Shown here one piece after another: positions 10,998 through 20,000 of a DNA stretch of 20,000 nucleotides; position 1 is the stretch's first letter; each line of letters starts with the position of its first letter. The notes below the pieces were generated by a model. The model was given only the letters and a program-made list of their open reading frames with translations. It did no database searches and was not told the DNA's origin. Position numbers and translations under genes: made by a program. The DNA is from Chiloscyllium plagiosum (lineage: Eukaryota), in NCBI RefSeq assembly GCF_004010195.1, contig NC_057720.1:19155284-19175283 (forward strand), written 5' to 3'.

Positions 10998-12661
10998 AGT
11001 GTCCTTCTCCACCCTTATACCAAAATCCTCTCCTCTCCATTGCGCCCACCACAGCACTCCAATATGTTTGAAGCCTATCGCAAGACCAAAGACAATGGGG
11101 AAGAGTGACCTTGCACTTGGGACATGCTGAAGATACCCCAGTTTAAATTTTGGCAAACGTCCTAGAGCTAAGTGGACCCTGTGGAGAATCTTCAACTGTA
11201 AAGCATGGGGCCTATTGCAAATTGATATTTTCCTTGCATTCTTTCAAATATCCTCCCATGCCTCTGAGGAAACTTCAACACCCAGCTCTCTCTCCCACAT
11301 CTTGCAGAGACGATCATATTCACCTGAGATGGCACTCCCAAATTGATGATATAAAGTACTGACAGAGTGTATACTCTTAGCCCTTGGCATCCCCCTCTCT
11401 ATGTCTGATTTGCAGGGATCTGTCAAAAGTGTGGTCTTTTTTTGAATAAAATCCCTAACTTGAAAAAAACAAAAGAGGTCTCTATTAGATATCTCATACT
11501 TCCATACTAACTGATCGAAGGACATCATTACGTCTCCCTCAAATAAATTGCCAATGCAAGACACACCCCTAGCTGCCCAATGTTTAAATCCTGAGTCTAT
11601 CATACCCAGTTGAAAACCTGGCATACCCACTCGAGGTGTAAACAGAGATGTTTTGCCAATATTGCCTTCCCTCTGCCAAATTGCCCTCCATGCTTTAACA
11701 GTGTTGATGACTATTGGGTTATGGCAATATTCCCTAACTGTCCTCATCTTGTCCAAACTGGTAAGGGAGCACCTTGCCTTGGAGGCTTCGATATCTAGCC
11801 ATATTGAAAGAGGATTTCCACAAACCCAATCACTCATGTAGGTCAAAAGCGAGCTTAATTGGAAATTTTTAATGTCTGGTAGGTCCGCTCCCCCTGATCT
11901 GTGAGGCAACTGCAGTTTGGCTAATTTAATGAGGGGCCACTTACGATGCCAAATAAAGGAGCTGAACCAGCCGTTCAGTCTCCTGAGAGTTTGCTTATTG
12001 AAAATCAGGGGAAGCATCTGTATAGGATATAGCAAACGAGGGAGAATATTCATCTTAATAAGCGCTATCCGACCCAACCACGAGACTGGAATGCCTCCCA
12101 TCTTTGAAGATCTTGTTTAGTTTTTCCAAATAATTATGTAAAATTGGCTTTGAACAGCCAATCCAGAACTGGAGTAATGAATATGCCCAAATACACCCCC
12201 CCCCCCCCCCCCCCGCCCCCCCCCCGTGAGCACCTAAATGGGAATCTATAGTCCCCCTCAAGAGCTCGCTCCTTCATTACACCACCCATAGGCATAGCCT
12301 CTGATTTAGCAAAATTAATCTTATACCCCGAAAAAGCGCCAAACGTGCGAATGCATTGTGTCAGGCAAGGCACTGAAACTGCTGGGTTTGTCAAAGAAAT
12401 TAGGACATCGTCTGCACACAACGGAATCTTGTGTAATTTTGACCCCACTTCTGGAGCTGATATATTGGGATCCCCATAAATGGCCTCCGCCAGTGGTTCA
12501 ATTACCAACGTAAAAAGCAATGGGGAAAGGGGACAGCCCTGCTGGCTGCCCCTAAAAATATTAAAATTGCTTGATCATACCCTGTTGGTAATGACCGTCG
12601 AGAGAGATACACCGTAGAGAACCTTTACCCATCTTATGAAGACTTCGCCCAAACCAAATCG
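10998..12661 (-). mobile_element. L1-clade LINE ORF2 remnant (RT C-terminal half to zinc knuckle)
   Basis: QGCPLSPLLFTLVIEPLA, LCADDVL, SGYKINFAKS, YLGI, SWLGRIALIKMNILPRLLY and CPKC...HCLWSC; stops and frameshifts present. Confidence 0.92.
12196..12225. repeat. Poly-C tract (C19-G-C10)
   Basis: Seen directly; lies within L1 ORF2 just before the YLGI motif. Confidence 0.95.
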
Positions 12662-13183
12662 CCTCCCAGCAGAGCGCTTTAGCGAACATCTCCGGGGCAC
12701 CTGCACCAATCAACCACACCGCCCCATGGCCCAACATTTCAACTCCCCCTCCCACTCTGCCGAGGACATGGAGGTCCTGGGCCTTCTTCACTGCCGCTCC
12801 CTCACCACCAGACGCCTGGAGGAAGAACGCCTCATCTTCCGCCTCGGAACACTTCAACCCCAGGGCATCAATGTGGACTTCAACAGCTTCCTCATTTCCC
12901 CTTCCCCCACCTCACCCCAGTTCCAAACTTCCAGCTCAGCACTGTCCCCATGACTTGTCAGGAGTTGTCCTACCTGCCTATCTCCTTTTCCACCTATCCA
13001 CTCCACCCTCTCCTCCCTGACCTATCACCTTCATCCCCTCCCCTACAGTACTCTATGCTACTTGCTCCCCACCCCCACCCTCCTCTAGCTTATCTCTCCA
13101 CGCTTCAGGCTCTCTGCCTTTATTCCTGATGAAGGGCTTTTGCCCGAAACGTCGATTTCGCTGCTCCTCGGATGCTGCCTGAA
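12662..13183 (+). mobile_element. Penelope-like element 3' part (GIY-YIG C-terminus + terminal repeat)
   Basis: AERFSEHLR...PMAQHFN...RRLEEERLIFRLGTLQPQGINVDF, then a C/T-rich UTR and a hammerhead core; runs into the gap. Confidence 0.88.
13121..13158 (+). ncRNA. Minimal hammerhead ribozyme motif (PLE type), core intact
   Basis: CTGATGA (13126-13132)-A-GGGC-tttt-GCCC-GAAAC (13146-13150)-GTC (13151-13153); palindromic ACGT. Confidence 0.75.
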
Positions 13184-13348
13184 NNNNNNNNNNNNNNNNN
13201 NNNNNNNNNNNNNNNNNNNNNNNNNNNNNNNNNNNNNNNNNNNNNNNNNNNNNNNNNNNNNNNNNNNNNNNNNNNNNNNNNNNNNNNNNNNNNNNNNNNN
13301 NNNNNNNNNNNNNNNNNNNNNNNNNNNNNNNNNNNNNNNNNNNNNNNN
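13184..13348. other. Assembly gap (165 N)
   Basis: Run of N. Confidence 1.
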
Positions 13349-13467
13349 TGTGTGTGTGTAGGGGTATCTCTGTGTGTAGGGGTATCTCTGTGTGTAGGAA
13401 TATCTGTGTGTGTGTGTATGTAGTGCAATGGTGGTCACCTGTAATGTGACATGAACCCAAGGTCCCG
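13349..13467 (-). mobile_element. Fragment of a second Penelope-like family with (CA)n-rich 18-bp tandem repeat
   Basis: Minus strand gives RDLGFMSHYR* (PLE ORF end, by recall). About 3 copies of tgtgtgtaggggtatctc lie next to the gap. Confidence 0.55.
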
Positions 13468-14425
13468 CTTCCTGCACTACTTGCTCTGATAATGGGGCAC
13501 TGAGAAAGGACTGTTGTTCAGGAATCACACCCGGGTGCTTCACATCTCTGAAAAAAGGTTTTCATTTTGGCCTGCCCCTCCTCACAATCCTCAGATTGGT
13601 ATAAGTTAGAGTAAAATGTCTGGAACGCCACATTAACCTTTTTAGAATCACATGTTAGGTTCCCAAAATGATTTGTGGGGCACTCCTCTTTCTGGCAAGA
13701 TACACTGGCTTGTCACCATGCTCGTATAGCTTTTGCTTTTCAAAAGTCAGCTTCTTCTTTGCCATCTGCGTGAGCACGGAATTTAGTGTAGACCGTAGTG
13801 CCGTAATCCTCTGTAGTTTGACCAACGAGGGTCTGCCAAAGTAGGCCTTCTCTGCTGCCTTCAACCGTGCTTCAAGGAGACATTGCTGCTCACCCTTCTG
13901 CCGCTTCCTACTAGTGGAATATGAAATAACTAATCCCCTAGCATAGGCTTTGGCAGTTTCCCAGAGAACGGGTGAGCGATCAACCGAGCCTGTGTTGACG
14001 TCTAGGAACGCCCGAAATTCCCTAGACAAATACTCCACAAACTTACTACCCACGAGGATAAAGGGATCCATTCGCCAGTACCTCGAACCCACTGTAATGT
14101 CCTTAATCTTTACCATAAGGTAAACTGGAGCATGATCAGAGATGATAATATTATCAATCGTACAAGATGCCACCAGATCCAGGGTTACTGCAGGGGTCAG
14201 AAAGAAAATAAATCCTTGTGTGACATCTGTGCAGATTGGAGAAAATGTAAAATCCCTACTTGTAGGGTGGAGGCACCTCCAACCCTAATTCCCCACACAG
14301 ACTGTTTAGTTTGTACAGAGGGTCTCGAGGAATCTTTGGGCAACCTGTCTACTGTGGGATCCATGATACAGTTAAAATCTCCCCCTAGAATGATGTGCTG
14401 GGACTCGAGACTTATCAGTTTAGAT
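13468..14425 (-). mobile_element. L1-clade LINE ORF2 remnant (endonuclease C-terminal part + linker)
   Basis: HIILGGDFNCIMDP, ISDHAPVYL, YWRMDP, LWETAKAYARG, FQTFYSNLY, LSAPLSEQVVQEA. Same orientation as, and colinear with, 10998-12661. Confidence 0.9.
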
Positions 14426-15005
14426 CTAATTTTTTTTGATGAACCCTTTAACTATATGCCCCATTTGTCATGATTAGGCTTTTCTTCGGATTGTTCATGC
14501 AGTTATGCTCTTCTGCAGATTATTGTAACCAGTCTTTTGAGAAATGGCTTAATGCTAGCTGTTTAACAAGATGAGAATTTTTTGTAGCTGTACTTTTATT
14601 TTCGTAATTTCTTTTCCAAACCTAAATGCTTGTGACAGCTAAATCTGGGGAAAAAAAACTTGGCCTGGCCCCGTGGACTAATTGCAGATATAAACATAAA
14701 ATGAAGACCTGATTGCCAGCTTCAAGTTCTATTATCCAAAGCTAAAATTTAAATGGTTTTGTCCGCACATAATTTTGGTTTATTTTAGAAAGATATATCT
14801 AGTTTCAAATAAATCCTAACTTTATAATTGAATGGTTTAGCACTTTTATTGTTTCTGAATATTTACTATACTTTTTGATCATTTCATTGAGATTTTGCAA
14901 AGTTCCAGGTAAGCATCACTTTAATGAATCGGCAACTTGCAAAGCTTGATTGGAAGCTTTGAATTGGAAGTATTCATCAATTTTTTTTACCCCCTTTCCT
15001 TTCAG

Positions 15006-15110
15006 AGTAAAAAGAAGTTTGAGAGAGAATGCAAAGAGACTGAGAAGGCGCAGCTGTGTTACGAGAAATTAGACTCCGACCATAATGCAACAAAAGCAGA
15101 TGTTGAAAAG
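15006..15110 (+). CDS. FNBP1L: FNBP1L internal coding exon, F-BAR domain, 105 bp (phase 0/0)
   Basis: cccctttcctttcAG acceptor and GTtaga donor. Translates [35 protein letters not shown], with the conserved TKADVEK motif. Lies within ORF 14937..15227. Confidence 0.96.
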
Positions 15111-16664
15111 GTTAGAAATTTGTTGTTTCTATATCATTTCAAAGTTATTTCAAAGCTGGTTCTTCTGCATATTCAAATTTGTCAGGTACGACTTTTGAAG
15201 GATAGGATTTACGTTGATGAAGGATAGGGAGGTGGTGAATGGAGATTAGTGAATTTGGAACCAAAGTTAGTAGTGTGTATTTAATTCACCATGGAACAGC
15301 ATTGATAGGTTTCCTGTATTGTTGACATGATACAGGGGTACGTTAATGGACAAATAGCTTCCTTTCAGAGTTGCAGAAGAAAGACTTTGGAAAATTGACA
15401 ATTGATTTTGTTGGAACAATATACCACGAGCAATTTATTTAGTACAAACAAGTGTACAATTTATTTTGAGATTCTGTTTTCAACCTGCAATTATGTGCAT
15501 ATTAGACATTTTGAGGAAAAGTGCCAAGGGAGAAGGTTTTCCAAGTACTTTTTTTAATAGCAGGTGGTAAAAGTTTACTAAAATTATTGTTTGTCAAGTA
15601 ATGCTCACCTCAGTATGGTGTCTATAACATACTTTGGTCACAACAGCCACAGGAGGTTTTTAAGAATGCAGCCATTGTGAACAGAGTAATTGCATCGATC
15701 AAATTGCGTGCTTGTTACATTTCCTATTTCTGATGTGGAGCTGCTTTAGATCCACTAAGAGAAATGCAAGACTATCCCTGTAAAGAAAAGAACAGTGACC
15801 ATTGCAGAACAAAAAGAGACTCTACCATGTATGCAATCATTGTTGCTTTTCTTTCTTGTGCACAAAGGATCAAAGACCTTTTGTCTATGCATGCAGGGGT
15901 ACAGGAAGATGCAGCCATTTACGTGAAACTTTGAGAAACAGACAGTCTTAGCAAAGTGGCAGTTCCTAAGGAGGTTGAGGAAAGGTTCAAGTGTTAATGA
16001 TTATCCAAAGTTAAAATTGAATTTTCACATAAAGAAACCAGCTTGAGTATTATGATGTATTTTTGACCTTTGGGCAATCTTTTGGATGTCCTATCAAATA
16101 ACATTGGACCCAAGTTGGGACTTTCAGTCATTTTTTAAGTGAAGATGCCAATCACCAAGTATCACTTTTAGCTACTAAAAAGAAATCTTCTTGGCATAGT
16201 TTTTTTTCTTTCAGACTGGTAGCACATCATTTAGAAAAATATTATACCACTGTATTTCAAAAGCAAGTAGAAATGTGAACTGCCAAAATCCATTTTTTCC
16301 AACTCAGTTCACCATGATTTCCATAAGTTAACGTTTGTTAACAAGACCTTTTATGTATTTGTGTATGTGTGGTGGACTGTCACTTTGAGTTTGATTGTAT
16401 GATTTAATAATGATATCTTCAGTTTTCAGCAGCACTCTAACCTTGTTGCGTGTGGGGTGAACACCTCCATGATAAAGCTTTTGCTGTTTAGTGCTCCAGC
16501 CTTCTTGGAACTTAACACAAGAAGGTGTGAAGGATAGAATTAAAAACTGCTCTGAGATCCACTGGATCAATCACTGAATAATAATTTTTAAAAATCCGAG
16601 GGAAACTGTGAACAGTGCAGAAGAAGCTCGCCATGTACTCCACCCTGAGAGTAACAACTCCTCT

Positions 16665-18600
16665 GTACGGGGTCCTTTAAATTCATCAGGAGCTGTTTCA
16701 GTGTGGTGATACGTTTGTGAGCTAACATGATGCCTAGGGGCCGGAGTAGTTTGTTCGTCATCTCCGAGATGTCTTTAACGTATGCCAGGGTGACTAGAGT
16801 CTCTGTGCATGTTGTGTCGTCTTATTTAGGTCTGCTGTGTCGGAATTGGCGGACTACACTTATCGGATACCCATTATTCCTGAATATGTTATGTAGGTGT
16901 TTTTCCTCGGCTTCTCTTAGTTCCCGGGTGCCTGCAGTGCATTGTGGCTTGTTTAAATATTATTCTTATCCAGCTCCATTTGTGGGTGTTGGCATGATTG
17001 CTTCTATAGTTGAGTACCTGGTCAGTGTGTGCGCTTTTCCTGTAGACACTCTCCACTGGCTTTTTGTTCTACTGTGACGGCTAGCAAGGGGAGTCTGTTG
17101 TTGTTCTCTTCCTCCTTGGTGAACTTTATACTGGTCAGGATGTTGTTTGTGTTTGTGGTTTTCTTCTAATTTGTTGCATTTCGTGATGATAAGGGTGTCT
17201 TGCACATAGCGGACCCAAAGCTTGGTCTGGATCATGGGAAGGACTTATTGTTATCATCTTTGTATAACTGCTTCTGCTAAGAGTCCTGATATTGGTGATC
17301 CCATAGGCGTTCCATTGGTTTGTTTGAAGAGCTTGTCGTTGAAGGTGAAGTGAGTTCTTAAGCACAGGTCTACTAGTTTGAGGATGCTGTCCTTGCTGAT
17401 GGAGTTGGTGCTGTCAGGTGTTTGTGTTCTTGGTTTGTCTAGCAGTGAGGCCAGTGTTTCTTTGGCTAGGGTGGTGCTTATTGATGTGAATAGGGCCGTC
17501 ATGTTGAAGGAAACCATGACCTTGTCATCCTCTACCTTGGTGTCTTTGATGTTTATGAATTCCTGGATGGAGTGACTTGACTCTTCTATTAGGTGTTTCA
17601 GTTTACATTGTAATTCCTTTGCTCGTCTGTATGTCGGTGTACCAGGAAGTGAGACTGCGAGTCTATGGGGGGAGTTGAAACTTTATTGCTGGAACAGCAC
17701 AGCAGGTCAGGCAGCATCCAGGGAACAGGAGATTCGACGTTTCGGGCACAGGCCCTTCTAAGGGGGGACCCTTGTTTACATATTTTTGGTAATCTGTAGA
17801 AACCAAGTGTGTTGGATCCTTCTGGTTTCATTCTTTGGATGTCTGTCTTGTTAATTTCACCTGTCTTGTGAAGATTTTTCAGGGTTGGTTGTTATATAAT
17901 TTTCTTGCTGTTTTCTTTTCGGATTTATCGCCACCTGCTGGTAGGTGTTGGTATCTGTGAGTAGTGTGTTTGTTTTTTCAATGTATCTTGTTCTGTTCAG
18001 GGTGAAGGTCATGTGCCCTTTGTCTGCTGGTAGGATTACGATAATTCTGTCTTTGAGTCCTTCCAGGGCTTTCCTTTCCAGTGAGTTGAGGGTGTTCCCT
18101 TCTTTCTTTCTGCTTAGTGTTGGTACTACTGTCTGTCTGATAGCCTGCTGGATTTCTTTCTAAATCCGTTGTCTTTCAGGATGGATTTCAGTGCTACTAG
18201 GGAGTCCTTTTTGTCCACGTCCCTGTGGTTGAAGTTCGTCCTTGTACTAGGACTGCCTATTCCGTGTCTGACAGTGGTCGGTCCAACAAGTTCTTTATGC
18301 AAGTTTCTGAATTGTCTGTTATTGCTGTGCATGAGCTCAGCCAATTTTTCTTGTAGGGCTAGTCTTTTCTTTGTCTTGGTCTACTGTTGTTTAGTGTTGA
18401 TGGCTCATACTAGTGTACTTGTCTATTCATGGTCAATCATGTTAGCGTACATAGTCTTTTGGCGCGAAATTTCTTGTTTGTATTTGCACATCCGGTTGTC
18501 GGCATCATTTAGCACTTTTTGTAGCATTCGGGAGTGGTTCTGTTCTGCTGTTCTTCTGGCTTGTAGGGTTTTGAGAGGTGGTTTGAATTTGACACATCGT
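16665..18600 (-). mobile_element. Penelope-like element: N-terminal region, RT and thumb (disrupted)
   Basis: FYRLPKICKQGSPLR, SLPGTPTY, MVSFNMTALFTSI, FKQTNGTPMGSPISG and WVRYVQDT, all typical of PLE RT. Confidence 0.92.
17674..17756 (-). mobile_element. 83-bp PLE terminal-repeat insertion with 12-bp TSD
   Basis: Homologous to 13132-13183. Flanked by tctatgggggga (17662-17673) and tctaagggggga (17757-17768); interrupts the host RT PLR motif. Confidence 0.85.
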
Positions 18601-19160
18601 GAGCTGACAGCCAGACTACTCTGGCCCCTAGGCATCATGGTAGCCTACAAACCTACCACCACAGTGAAACCGCTCTTGATGAATTTAAAGGACCCCATAC
18701 CAACAATCAGCAGAATGAACATCATATACAAAATACCTTGCAAGGGCGGCAATAAACATTACATTTGACTGACAGGCAGGAAACTATCCACCAGGATACA
18801 TGAGCACCAACTGGCCACCAAAAGATATGACCAGTTATCACTAGTATCCATATACACAAACTAAGAGGAGCACCGATTTGACTGGGACCGGCTAAACAAA
18901 GACACACACGGGAATTCTTGGAGGCATGATGTTCAAACCGAAACTCCATCAACAAACATATCAATTTGGAGCCAATTTAAAAACCTCTCAGAAACCAAAC
19001 CAGAAGCGGTATCGCCCACCACAACAAACCGAGACAGATTCATAGCAAGCGGGACAGAACACCAACGTTCATCGGAGGCTCACTGATGATGTTACCTGGC
19101 ATGATGATGAAATGTCTGAGAACAAATCTACCAGCTCAGTGAACAAATTTACAACCTAGA
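18601..19160 (+). mobile_element. Penelope-like element 3' part (GIY-YIG endonuclease + terminal repeat with decayed hammerhead)
   Basis: NIIYKIPCKGGNKHYI*LTGRKLSTRIHEH. Hammerhead remnant CTCA-CTGATGA...GAAAtGTC-TGAG at 19079-19120. Confidence 0.9.
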
Positions 19161-19850
19161 CTTAAAGCACTGGAGAAAGCAATCTTGTTGGAAGCTCAAC
19201 AGCTGTACTCTGATATGAGTGTACATAAGATGGTGGCTAAAAGGTGAGCAGCCATGCAGACTCGAAGCTATCATTGATATGGAAAAACAGCTCACACGGC
19301 AGCAAATTGCTGTTTATAAAGCTATAGAGACGACAAAAACTGCGCATGCTGGAATCCAAAGTAACAGGCAGGAGGCTGTAAGAACACAGCAAGCCAGGCA
19401 GCCTTAGGAGGTAGAGAAGTCGACGTTTTGGGTTAACCCTCCTTCAGAATAAAGCTGTATAAAGCTATATACAGACACCGTGGCAAAAAAGGACACATTG
19501 AACAAACATGTTTGAGGAAGAAACATGAACAACATACGACATAAATATAGAAAATGAAGAATAGGAAGAAAATCTGCACAGTACAGTTAAGGGCATGAAA
19601 AAATCCCAGACACTCAGTCCAAAGAGGAGCTGTTATTAAATATACTGGCCATTGCTAGCAATGCCAACTGATACTGAGTCACTCCTTTCCTTAATGGCAA
19701 ACTGACAAGAATGGAGGTTGACACCGGACTGGTGGTTACCTGGAAGTGGTAGTAGCTCAGTCACATTGTGCTGCAACCCTTAAAAATTGTACTAAGACTG
19801 TACACAAGTAAACTGGTGACTTGTTAAAGGGTTGTGTCAGTCTGAAAGTT
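19161..19850 (+). mobile_element. Gypsy-like LTR retrotransposon gag-protease remnant
   Basis: Two decayed CCHC knuckles, YH*YGKTAHTAANC (19269-19310) and YRHRGKKGHIEQTC (19470-19511), plus aspartic protease motif LNGKLTRMEVDTG (MEVDTG at 19711-19728). Confidence 0.7.
19327..19450 (-). mobile_element. Short PLE terminal-repeat insertion with TSD
   Basis: Minus strand CTGAAGgA-GGGTT-AACCC-aAAAC-GTC. Flanked by tataaagctata at 19315-19326 and 19458-19469. Confidence 0.8.
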
Positions 19851-19853
19851 TGT

Positions 19854-20000
19854 CATAGAACATAGAACAATACAGCACAGAACAGGCCCTTCGGCCCACG
19901 ATGTTGTGCCGAACATTTGTCCTAGCTTAAGCACCCATCCATGTACCTATCCAATTGCCGCTTAAAGGTCACCAAAGATTCTGACTCTACCATTCCCACA
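19854..20000 (-). mobile_element. CR1 3' end (further subfamily), continues past window
   Basis: catagaacatagaac tail ((TTCTATG)n on the minus strand) followed by the caggcccttcggccc stem-loop. Confidence 0.85.

Noticed and set aside
10893..11195. 100-aa ORF as a novel L1-esterase fusion protein
   Set aside because: It crosses the L1/CR1 junction in frameshifted, decayed sequence; no evidence of a maintained protein.
12055..12520. Poly-glycine ORFs
   Set aside because: Produced by the poly-C tract within dead L1 sequence.
13349..13420. 18-bp repeats as a CRISPR-like array
   Set aside because: Tandem units without spacers, derived from a TG microsatellite, in vertebrate DNA.
13053..13543. 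ORFs running through N and (CA)n repeats (also 8381..8854 and 8563..8799)
   Set aside because: Artefacts of gaps and simple repeats.
14937..15227. 96-aa ORF as a standalone gene
   Set aside because: Only 15006-15110 is exon; the flanks are intron with clear splice sites.
15111..16660. Next FNBP1L exon or conserved non-coding element
   Set aside because: No sequence encoding the expected AKQQ... continuation was found; conservation cannot be judged without alignments.
18169..18768. 199-aa ORF on + strand
   Set aside because: Accidental chimera: the first ~144 codons are antisense to the PLE ORF, and only the part after 18601 is real GIY-YIG-proximal sequence.

Overview
Eukaryotic (vertebrate) genomic DNA, not prokaryotic. 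The repeat content (CR1/HER1-type LINEs, Penelope-like elements, fish-type L1) suggests a cartilaginous fish, probably a shark; this is an inference. The window lies inside one + strand gene. Four consecutive coding exons (54, 148, 63 and 105 bp, all with AG/GT boundaries and compatible phases) splice into about 123 aa of the F-BAR domain of FNBP1L (Toca-1). The introns are packed with decayed retroelements: three long CR1 copies plus short CR1 tails, an L1 ORF2 remnant, several Penelope-like elements (PLEs), a probable solo LTR, a Gypsy-like gag-protease remnant and SINE/L2 scraps. There are two assembly gaps (8592-8793, 13184-13348). The most notable signals are: (i) five recognisable hammerhead-ribozyme cores and two further broken ones carried by PLE termini; (ii) a ~330-bp fold-back element with one hammerhead core in each arm; (iii) inverted CR1 copies bracketing FNBP1L exons, a candidate for circRNA, exon skipping or editing; (iv) a PLE with twin-priming-like inversion; (v) an L1-CR1 junction; (vi) tiny PLE-end insertions with target-site duplications. 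No intact transposon ORF and no clearly new protein system is visible. Family names come from motif recognition and recall, not database searches.
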